From: Octopus vulgaris
Taxonomy: Eukaryota
Assembly (NCBI GenBank): GCA_951406725.2
Contig: OX597816.1
Span: forward strand, 2,976,001 to 3,040,000
Length of the DNA stretch: 64,000 bases
Direction of reading: 5' to 3'
Under the pieces are notes generated by a model. The model had not been told where the DNA came from, searched no databases, and saw only the letters and a list, made by a program, of their open reading frames with translations. The position numbers were made by a program, and so were the translations under genes. Each line of letters starts with the position of its first letter. Position 1 is the first letter of the stretch. Below, one piece after another: positions 27,300 through 38,500 of this stretch.

Positions 27300-27908
27300 C
27301 AGTAGTTTTATTTTTATAGCGTGCTTTCACTTCACTACCGAGCGCAGCTCTGTGTGCCTTGGGTATGTGCTGTGATTTGTTGTGATGCTCTGATGGTTAT
27401 TGTATGGAAAGTGTTCTGCGTAGGATGTGTGCAGTGCCTAGTAGTGCAATTTTCTGTATGTTATATGTGTTTGTAAGTCCTGGTGTTTTTGTTATGTATT
27501 TGTCTGAATATTTTTTTATCATGCCTAATGCACCTACTATGATAGGAATTGTTTCTGTTTTCAGATTCCAGATTCTAGTTACCTCTATTTCCAGGTCTTT
27601 GTATTTTGAGAGTTTCTCCATTTCTTTTAGAGACACGTTATCATCTGCCGGTATTGATACATCAATTAGAAAGCATTTTTTTCTTCATGATCTCTGACAA
27701 CTATATCTGGTCTGTTGGCCTTAATTTCTCTATCTGTGTGTATCGGCATATCCCAGAGTATGGTTGCTTTCTCGTTTTCTGTGACCTTTTCTGGTGTGTG
27801 CCTATACCATATTTTTTCTGTTGTTATTCCATAATGTTGGCATAGCTTCCAATGTATGTAGGTTCCAACTCTGTCATGTCTGTGAATATATTCCTTCTTA
27901 GCCAGGAC
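27300..27908 (-). mobile_element. 5'-truncated R4/Dong-like retrotransposon inserted in a (TAA)n array
   Basis: ORFs 27666-27983 and 27397-27636 (one frameshift) read YIHRHDRV...ILWD...NRPDIVV...IDVSIP...EKLSKYKDL...PIIVGALG...IQKIALLGTAHILRR. (TTA)n on both flanks. Confidence 0.88.
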
Positions 27909-27980
<72 letters not shown>

Positions 27981-28780
27981 CAAGGCGGTGAGCTGGTAGA
28001 ATCGTTAGCACGCCGGGCGAAATGCTTGACGGTATTTCGTCTGCCGCTACGTTCTGAGTTCAAATTCCGCCGAGGTCGACTTTGCCTTTTATCCTTTCGG
28101 GGTCGATAAATTAAGTACCAGTTACGCGCTGGGGTCTATATAATCGACTTAATCCGTTTGTCTGTCCTTGTTTGTCCTCTCTGTGTTTAGCCCCTTGTGG
28201 GTAGTAAAGAAATAGGTATTTCGTCTGCCGTTACGTTCGGAGTTCAAATTCCGCCGAGGTCGACTTTGCCTTTTATCCTTTCGGGGTCGATAAATTAAGT
28301 ACCAGTTACGCGCTGGGGTCGATATAATCGACTTAATCCGTTTGTCCTCTCTGTGTTTAGCCCCTTGTGGGTAGTAAAGAAATAGGTATTTCGTCTGCCG
28401 TTACGTTCTGAGTTCAAATTCCGCCGAGGTCGACTTTGCCTTTCATCCTTTCGGGGTCGATAAATGAAGTACCAGTTACGCGCTGGAGTCGATATAATCG
28501 ACTTAATCCCTTTGTCTGTCCTCTCTGTGTTTAGCCCCTTGAGGGTAGAAAAGAAATAGATATTTTGTCTGCCGTTACGTTCTGAGTTCAAATTCCGCCG
28601 AGGTCGACTTTGCCTTTTATCCTTTCGGGGTCGATAAATGAAGTACCAGTTACGCGCTGGAGTCGATATAATCGACTTAATCCCTTTGTCTGTCCTCTCT
28701 GTGTTTAGCCCCTTGAGGGTAGTAAAGAAAGAGGTATTTCGCCCGTTCTGTGTCCAAATTCCGCCGAGGTCGATAAATTA
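27981..28780 (+). mobile_element. SINE family B with one head and about 4.3 tandem body units (170-185 bp)
   Basis: Unit ATTTCGTCTGCCG...GTAGTAAAGAAATAGGT restarts near 28033, 28218, 28388, 28562 and 28736. Confidence 0.85.
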
Positions 28781-29244
28781 AATACCAATGAAGCACTGGG
28801 GTCAATGTAATCGACTGGTCCCCTCCCAACAAATTTCGTTCGTCTTTACATTTTGAGTTCACATTCCGCCGAGGACGTCTTTGCCTTTCATCCTTTGGGT
28901 GTCGATAAGTACCATTTGAGTACTGGGTATCGACCTAACTGCTTAACTCTTTCCCACAAAATTCCAGGCTTTGTGACCCCAGGAGACGGAATTATCATTA
29001 TCCTCATTGTTATTTTTCATTGACCGCGTATTTCAACGATTCTTTAAACCTCAATTCCATAAAATCCGGCACATGCCCTGACTGTAGTTTTATATAAATC
29101 TTTAATCTTTTTATTCATAATGCCATTAGAAAGAAAAGATATCAATTTTCATCTGTATTCTATTTTATTTTTGTTTTGTTTTGTTACTAGATATTTATGA
29201 GTTTAAATGTAACAAAGCATTGAACATAATTACAAGTGAATTAA

Positions 29245-29520
29245 TATCATCACCATCATTTAACGTCCGCTTTCCATGCTAGCATGGGTTGGACGATTTG
29301 ACTGTGGGCTGGCGAACCAATCTGATCTGGCAGTGTTTCTACAGCTGGATGCCCTTCCTAACGCCAACCACTCCGAGAGTGTAGTGGGTGCTTTTAAAGT
29401 GCCACCGGCACGAGGGCCAGTTTGGTGGTACTGGCAACGGCCACGCCCAAATGGTGCTTTTTACGTGCCACCTGCACAGGAGCCAGTCCAGCGGCACTGG
29501 CGACGACTTCGCTCTAATGT
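29245..29520 (-). mobile_element. RTE 3'-UTR-derived repeat with (GAT)n tail
   Basis: Same sequence follows the RTE ORF at 44600-44730. Other copies near 32600, 34950, 38860, 41290, 42415, 46730, 57720, 58685, 60415 and 63015. Confidence 0.8.
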
Positions 29521-30314
29521 TTCACGTGGGAAATAGAAAACACTCATGTTACACTCAAACATGGAGTTGAAATTCCGATCTCACTAAAAATATAGTGTTG
29601 CACCTACTGTAGTAAAGAAAAATAAATCTGATATGATCTCTGCTCACAAATTTGAAGACAAATCCAGCCCCGGACATTTATTACTACGTCAGGTCCGAGA
29701 AATTTGAGGGAGAGGGTACTTTGTTCTGTTGTTAGATTCCCATCAGCGACGAACTTAGTAAACTCATCAATGAATTTCTCTGCTGCTTTTTGTGTTCAGC
29801 AGATGTTTCATTCCTACAAAATCTTTGAATATTTCTTGCCAGCGGCCAGCGACCGCTCCCACCGAGCAGGCTTTTTTTTTTCAAAATTGGCGCCCTTTCA
29901 ACTCTTTCGTTACCTGTATCTGCAGGTTTCATACCTGATGACACCGAGACTGAAACATAAAATCAATGAATGGAGAACACAGTTACGTTTATTAATAACT
30001 AATTAAATATTTCAGAGAAATATAAGAGAAATGAGTTTAAAAGATCATTTGGTGTGAGTAATGGCGCCTTTTTTTTTATGTGTTTGCTCGCTCTAACCTT
30101 AGAACCAGGTCACACCTCTGTTAATTGCCATGCCTTTTAAGTTTCTATAACCAGCAGCCTGCTGAATATTTTACAGTTACCTTCAATATTCAGTTCATAA
30201 TAGACTTTTGCTCGTTTCATGATCAGCATTCCCTTAACTGACATGCGTTCAATCCGACGCTGACCACCACCACCAATCAGTGCGCAATCGAGATCTTCAT
30301 TGTTCATGTTATAT

Positions 30315-30530
30315 TACTTTTTACTCTTTTACTTGTTTCAGTCATTTGACTGCGGCCATGCTGGAGCACCGCCTCCAGTCGAGCAAATCGACCCCGGGAC
30401 TTATTCTTTGTAAGCCCAGTACTTATTCTATCGGTCTCTTTTGCCGAACCACTAAGTGACGGGGACGTAAACACACCAGCATCGGTTGTCAAGCAATGCT
30501 AGGGGGACAAATACAGACACACAAACATAT

Positions 30531-30571
<41 letters not shown>

Positions 30572-30737
30572 TACGACAGGCTTCTTTCAGTTTCCGTCTA
30601 CCAAATCCACTCACAAGGCATTGGTCGTCCTGGGGCTATAGCAGAAGACACTTGCCCAAGGTGCCACGCAGTGGGACTGAACCCGGAACCATGTGGTTGG
30701 TAAGCAAGCTACTTACCACACAGCCACTCCTGCGCCT
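30315..30737 (-). mobile_element. tRNA-derived SINE family A, full length
   Basis: Reverse complement of 15305-15715. Further copies at 40515-40885, 57145-57597 and 62285-62870. Confidence 0.85.
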
Positions 30738-32099
30738 ATGTAATGTTTTTCTTCAGTTTTTGTCCATCGTTTTCAGCATCGGAACTTTCCAACAGTTTGT
30801 CTCGTTTCCTCGTCGTCCTTCCAACCCCAAACTCCTCAAATGCTTCAGACTCGCTGACAACCATTTCTTCAACAATTTAACTGCGTTGAAGATAAACCTG
30901 TTTTCTGTTTTCGATATTTTCACCATCTTCACACCACAAAGTACAAAACAGGCGGTAACCACGAGTAACGAGCGCTGTTACTGCCGCTAACTCACCTGAG
31001 CTGGGGAAGCCCTACCCAGGGTAGGTGAAGCCACGTATCATAACGGCAAACAAGTTGGAACCTTCCCAGCATTTTATAGAAGTTTCCATTTGAGGCGTTT
31101 CATGAGAACATTAAAAAAAACCTTCGGATTTTGAACTGTATTAGAAGAGGCAGAAGCTAGCTTTTGAGCAGCCACTCGATGTGTTCGAAATAACAGCTAA
31201 GACTTCCTTGAATGTCACACCCCACAGTCTTAAAAATGGAAGGACATGCAGGAAATGCAAAATGATCATTAGGGCTGGAATACGTTTGTATCAAGGGTTC
31301 TGGCCGATCTCCACTAACCCAGGGCTAAACAATTATATTTCTTTACTACCCACAAGGGACTAAACATAGAGGGGACAAACATGGACAGACAAAGGGATAA
31401 AGTCGATTATATCGACCCCAGTGCGAAACTGGTATTTTATTTATCGACCCCGAAAGGATGAAAGACAAAGTCGACCTCGGCGGAATTTGAACTCAGAACG
31501 TAACGGCGTGCAAACGATTCTGCCAGCTCGCGCCACCTTGGGCTAAACAATTATAATAAATTGAGCATCTCTTAAAATACTGTCTTCCAAACCACTCGCT
31601 ACCATTTAGTACACCACTAAGTTTTGTATATACTTCTACAACAGACCATTTCAACATGCTAGAAATAGCAGTCAGCCTCTCACTGAAATTGTACTGTAAT
31701 GTCTTGTGTGTGTGTGTATACATATGGCGAAGCCGGTGCCGGCATCGTAGCTAGGCCCGATACCAACACCCAAATCCCTTCAATCGCACACACACACAAT
31801 CATCAATGTTCTACACACAGTTATGTACACCATTCATAGCGAACACATACTAATGAAATATTTCGGGTTAATATAAGAGAAATGAGTTAAAAATTGTTTG
31901 GTGTCACGGTGCTTTAACAAAAAACAACATTTAGAACCTGGCGACACCTTTGTTTATTGTCGTGCCTTTTAAATTTATATAACCAGCCTACTGAATATTT
32001 ACAACACCGAGCAGTTGCTGGAACTGCAAGAAATAGCAACCAAATCAGCACTGACACAACAGATGTTATTCTCCCCCCACCCCCGCCCTTGGTGGTAGG

Positions 32100-32400
32100 C
32101 TTATTCGTGATATTGTTGGTTTCCCCTCTTGTTCATGAGGATTCTTGTTTCTTTTCTAAGGATCACACTAGCTAGAATTTCTGTCGGGTTTTTAAATTCC
32201 ATATTTATCTACCAGATCTCTTCATTATATCTGCTGCCATGTAGGACCTCATCATAGTACCGTGTGTTCTTAAAGATTTCTTTAGTTGATAAGTTGGATA
32301 TCCTGATTGATATGCTTTTGATTATTAATCTTGGGTGGATAGAATGCTTACTTATATAGTTTAGATTTCTATCTTACTTGTGATATAGTAAAAACTAGCC
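32100..32400 (-). mobile_element. Decayed Penelope-like RT thumb fragment
   Basis: Reads YISKHSIHPRLIIKSISIRISNLSTKEIF....YDEVLHGSRY, matching the PLE pattern Y....SNHP..IIK....RIS.LS..EIF....Y..AL..SGY. Confidence 0.55.
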
Positions 32401-34536
32401 TTTGCCTCTCATACCACAAGGCAAGCCAAAAAAATCTAAACTGTATAAATATTCCAGCCACGCAAGATCAATAAAGTGTTCCCTTGATGATCCATTGCAG
32501 TTAGACATCCAGATACACTTGGAACACCCAATGCTGAACTCCAAATAATTGGAATAGTGAAACGTACGTAGTAACTTGATATTTATACTGATGTTTCGAA
32601 TATACAAAGATTCGAGCGAGGTCATTGCCAGTACCGCCTGACTGGCCCCGTGCGCCCACTACACTCTTGGATTGGTTGGAGTTAGGAAGGGCATCCAGCT
32701 GTAGAAACTCTGCCAGATGAAGATTGGAGCCTGGTGTGGCCTTCTGGTTCGCCAGCCCTCAGTCAAAATCGTCCAACCCATGCTAGCATGGAAAGCAGAC
32801 GTTATATGATGATGATGATGATAAAATAATTTGTTTCTTGTTATACATTGCATGCGTGAAGGTGCAAAAAGTAAACATGGATAAACAGAAAGCATTTGAT
32901 TGCAACAATAAACTGGTTAAAACACAGAGAGAGAGAGAGAGAGAGAGAGCAAGCAGCCAAAGGGAAAACTGGGAGCAGAATGAAAAAGAAATATTCTTCA
33001 CCCAGTGGCCACAACACTACCATATTGTGTGTGTGTGTTTGCCAATAACCTCAAAGTAGTTGGAACTTTATTGTATTTAGAAGTCTCCAAAATATAACTT
33101 GGTTATGACTGGTTGTTAAGCATGTGAGCAGTGGCTGCTCTGCATTGACCAACAACAGTTAAAGATGGCTGGAAGGAGTCCACAAATTGCCTTTACGGTC
33201 TTTTGCTCGCCTAGCGTACATACTGTCAAAGTGATCTTGAATTTCTTTCTTCGTTGTCCAGGTTTTGGCTCCCTACAAAACAGTGAACTTAATACAGACC
33301 CGGAAGAAGGAAAGACTTGACTTCAAAATACACGGATGCCAGAAGTTGTGAAACTAGCTCTGGGCCCTCCAGGTTGGTTCCTCATGCACCAGGAAGTCTT
33401 TTTAACTATTAGCAATAATGAATCTAACACCCTCGAAGTTACTAATCTTCTGGAGTTGTTGCCATCTCCAGGATATATTGACAAGATGAATACACAATGG
33501 GAAAACTAAGAACCCTGTGACTACTTGTAAGGAATCTTCACCAAAATTGGCTGGTATGGTTTAAATCAAGCTAATTTAAACTGTAGAATATTAACAAACA
33601 ATTCTTGCTTGGAATGTCAGGGCTGCAGTGCAGTTTGGATTCCCAGTGGAGTGACTTTCAACTTACTTGCCAACCATGTGGTCTCTGGTTCAGTCCCACT
33701 GTGCAGCACCTTGGGCAAATGTTTCTATAGGGCCCTGATTGACCAAAGCCTTGTGAATAGAATTGGTGGTAGACAGAAACTAAAAGAAATCCAAAACACG
33801 TGTAATGATTGTGTGTACACTCACCTTCTCTTGTGGATGGTTGTAAATGAGCAAGAAATGACATTTGTTTTTCAGTCTCAGGGAAAAACATGTCTGGACA
33901 TGGAGAGAGATTGCCTTGCTTTTGGAAAGAGGTAAGTGTGTATGTGTGTGTATATATATATGTATGCATTTATATATCGATCTATATATATATATATATA
34001 CACACGCACACACACACATATAAGCACATACATACATGCATACACACACATATTTATATGTATATACACACACACACACACACATACATACATATACATA
34101 CATGTACTTGCATACACTTAATACACATATATATATACACATACATCCATATATACATACACAAATACATATTTACACATACTTACAAAAATACGTTTAC
34201 ACACACACACAAACTTACATGCATACATATATACGTGCATATATACATACATACATACACACACACATATTGCATGCATACATACACATATATATACATA
34301 CAGGCACATACATATATACATACATATATTTGCCATGACAGATCGCTAGCCACTAAACCTTTTATTATTTCTCTCTGCTTATTTCTGTGTTCCTTTCTGT
34401 GTAAGAGCGTAGGCTCAAAACGTTAAACTAATACATCTGTTTGTTGTCTACACCACCCGTCTTCATCTTGTTTTTTTTGTGAATTCTCCACATACATATA
34501 TAAATACATATACACACACATATACCTCTCTCTCTC

Positions 34537-34584
<48 letters not shown>

Positions 34585-35101
34585 TATACTTACATATCAT
34601 ACATGCATACACACATCCATATACCTACACACATACATACACATGCATGTGCGTACATATAGATACATATATCCATTTATATACATATACACATTCATAT
34701 ATACATTATACATGCATACATATACCTACACATACACACATACATATGCACATATACCTACATATCCATGCATAAATAAATATATACATGCATACATATA
34801 CATACACACATGCATAAACATACATAAATATATACATAAACCCAAACAGACATACACATAGATACATACATATACATTTACATATATACATACACATCCA
34901 TATCTATATACATATACATATATATACACGTACATATATACATACATATGTATGGTTGGTGTTAGGAAGAGAAACACTGCCAGATCAGACTGGAGCCTGG
35001 TGCAGCCTCCTCGCTTCCCAGACCCCGGTCGAACTGTCCAACCCATGCTAGCATTGAAAATGGACATTAAATGATATATATACGCATTACATATATACAC
35101 G

Positions 35102-35155
<54 letters not shown>

Positions 35156-35491
35156 TACATACATTTCTACAATATATATATATATATATATATAATTTCG
35201 ACAATATAAGATGTCCCTCAATGACCTGCTAGACATGATCAGTATTATTAGCAGGTGGTCATGACTTCATGAGTAGGACTCAATACAGAAGTGACCACCC
35301 AGTACTACCACTGGTCAGGCCTTCCCCAAGTATGCCATGCAAATAACTTAAATAAGCAAAAGGAATATTCTTAAAAATAAAATGTTTATTAAAAATTTTC
35401 TGAAATCAACAATAAAAAAGAAATAACAAAAAGAACCAAGTTGAAACATTTTTCTTCTTTCATTTTAATAAATATCTTCCTACATTACTGA

Positions 35492-35562
35492 CTAGGAGGA
35501 GTTCTCTCGGATTTTTTCCAGCTCACTCATCCAATTCTGGACCTGTCTAGTCGTGAAGTGAC
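35492..35562 (-). CDS. HDDC2: HDDC2 exon 6 (terminal, stop TAG)
   Basis: Acceptor cttgcag|, phase 1 completes the G of GHF. Stop at 35492-35494. Confidence 0.88.
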
Positions 35563-38500
35563 CTGCAAGAGCAGAAACAAAATTTATTTTTAACGATTAT
35601 TAACAAAATATATTTTAAATTTAAGTTCCTTTAACACCAACTGACCTGGGATTGACCCTGGTTCCTTGATACAAACTCCTTGTTTTAAATTGATCTAAAT
35701 TAAAACCTTTCACCAAATACCAGATTAATGACTAAGTTATTTCACTAAATTCTTCAATATTTCCGAAATTAATTGAAACAAAGGCAATGCATTTCAGGCA
35801 AAATTTGGTTGACAAGAAAAGGTCAAACATCAACCAAAAATAATGGTTGATTATTTTCATTCAAAATGTGATGGTATGTTAAAATACAAAAACAAAAAAA
35901 AAACACAAGCAATAGAATTAACGAAAAGGGGTTAGTATGGTCGCTGAAGTCATTTGAGTAAAGAATGCACAGGTGGAGAAGCAAAATGGTGAGGTGCATA
36001 AAATAGTGAACTACTTTGTCACAAGTTCAAATCTAGAGTGAGTAGTACAGGACAAAACCCAAGATTTTACGTTGCCTCAGTTCATTTAGCTGTAAAAAAA
36101 GAATAAATTCCTGTTGTTTTCTGGGGAGGGTCATTCTCTTTTAGTGCCTTATAATTTTACACACTCACCGGTAAAGTTTCCACTCATTTATTTTTCTAAA
36201 ATTTTTGTTGCATCTTGCAACCTTTTCAATAGTTGACTGTCCATTATTGAAGCTGCGTTCTTTTTGTTTGTTTGAGTGTATGTGCGTGAGCGTGTATGTA
36301 TGTGTGTACGTTTGTATGTATATCTATTCTGCCTGCATGTTCATGTTTGTGTGGCCGTGTTTGTGTTTTTATGTGTGTGTGTATGGATTTTGCTGTGGAG
36401 AAATGCATTGAGATAATCTATAAAAGTAGAGTTCCGTGAGGTTAACACGAGGGAACTGGGCCTCCCCCTTAGACTAAGCGATGAGAGTGACTATTTAGAC
36501 GACTATGATCTCGGTAAATTCTACCCCACCAGGTCACAGAGGGGAAGACCACCTACCATCACTTAAGCAGTGAAGAAAAGAACTGCAGAACGCTGGAGTG
36601 GCTGGACCGTACCCACCCAAGACCCTGAGAACAACAGTCAGGTGAAAGAAATAATTGCACATGCAATAGGGGCCAGTGTAAGAACCACCTTGGTTCAAGG
36701 TGTCGGTGTAGCTGGAGATGTGGCCGGCCTCTTCATGACTTGGTGGGACAGAAAACTTAAGCAAGTGCTAGCAGAACGGTCCACAACTCTTCTACTCTAC
36801 AATACATATGTAGATGACATTAATATCATAATTAGGACCAACTCCAGTGACGGTAGTGTAGAAACTGAGAAGAACGTAATGGAGGGCTTCCAGCAAATAG
36901 CTAACTCCATCCACCAAAGTATCAAGGTAACTATAGATTACTCTACCAAGCACCCTCAAAAATAAACTCCCTGTACTTGATACTGAAATTTGGTTAAAGA
37001 CTGTGAACAATAGAGTGAAGCTCTTCCACTCTTATTACATGAAACCCATAACTTCAAAATATGTTGTTCACAAGAACTCAGCTTTGTCACACAACATGAG
37101 AATTAACATACTGATAGCAGACCTAGTTAGGACAATGAACAACGTGTCCCCACTGTGTGAACCCTATGAAACGAAGAAACATATACAGAACTTGATGCAC
37201 CGCATGCAATTCTCTGGATATAATCAGAAAGATAGGGTTCGAATATACAAGGGTGCTAGAAAGAAATTAGATACCATTATACGTAATGATACCAGTGGTA
37301 CCAACCCTAGATATAGAAACAAAGAATGGAATAGGATACAAAGAACTTGTGACAAAGCAAACAGGGCGAACATGTGGTATAAAACTGACAAATATCAAGG
37401 AGTGATATTTTTAGAGGCCACAGCCCATGGAGAACTAACCCGTAGATTTAGGAAAGATCTGAAGGAGACCAAACTCAACATTAAAATTGTTGAAAAGCCA
37501 GGGAACTCTGTCAGATCACAACTATGTAGGACATACTCGTTTAAGAATACCATATACACCAATGATAACTGCATGGTATGTAGGATTAGCCCTGGCATTA
37601 ACTGTAGAACTAGAAATGTAGTTTACAGCATAAGATGCATAGAAGGTGCTTGTAAAGACATGAACATGACATACATAGGGGAGACGTTTAGGAGCAGAGG
37701 AACGGATAAACATCTGAGACAATATGACGACAAAAAACAGTCCTCCATACTCTACCAACATGGAGGCAACCTGAGTCAACTTGACATCTGCATTTTATCC
37801 AAGCACCCAAAGGACCCAACACTCAGACAAATACAGGAGTACGTCCTCATAAACGAAACATTATCAGTACTAAATAGGAAATATATGTAGTAGATATCAT
37901 ACCACCATACCCACAGGTAGAATAGAATAGTTTGTTGGCTGTTATGTAGATAGATGTGGGTGTGGGTGTTTGCACATGTATGTAGGAATATGGATATGAA
38001 TGTAAATAGATAGACATACTAGGTTATGGTGAGTATTAACACAAGTGGACCGTAAGGAAACAGTTTTTGGTCCTTACCTTTAGTGCTATCAAAAAATTCT
38101 TGAAGGGATTTTGGTTTTCGATCAAGTTGTTCATATTCATAAGCTTGCAGCACCATTTCAAATTTGTCCAGATCTTTGACATATTCAGCCTCTTTGCTCG
38201 ATACATTTTCATACTCCTATATAAAGAGACATCCAAAACAAAGGAAACAAATAGACCAAAGATGATACAAGAGGGTGACTGAATAAATTATGGTGTTATC
38301 AGCCAAGAGGGGAACATTTCTAACCCTCTCTTTCTCTCTCCTCTACACACACTCCCCTGTTCTGCTGTCCCTGTTTCATATCTTGTGGGTCCACTCTGAC
38401 ACCCTCTATTCTATAAGCAGACACGTAGCACCTCAACAGCAACAAACTAGCTCTGGTCCCTTCTCTTGCATTTCCCCTCCATTACCCTAGCATAAAACTG

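Noticed and set aside
28033-28780. Regular tandem array resembling a CRISPR
   Set aside because: Units are 170-185-bp SINE bodies without unique spacers. There are no cas genes and the context is eukaryotic.
37003-37890. 295-aa ORF as a host gene or active endonuclease
   Set aside because: It is a frameshifted Penelope-like remnant with an incomplete RT and deletions in the GIY-YIG region.
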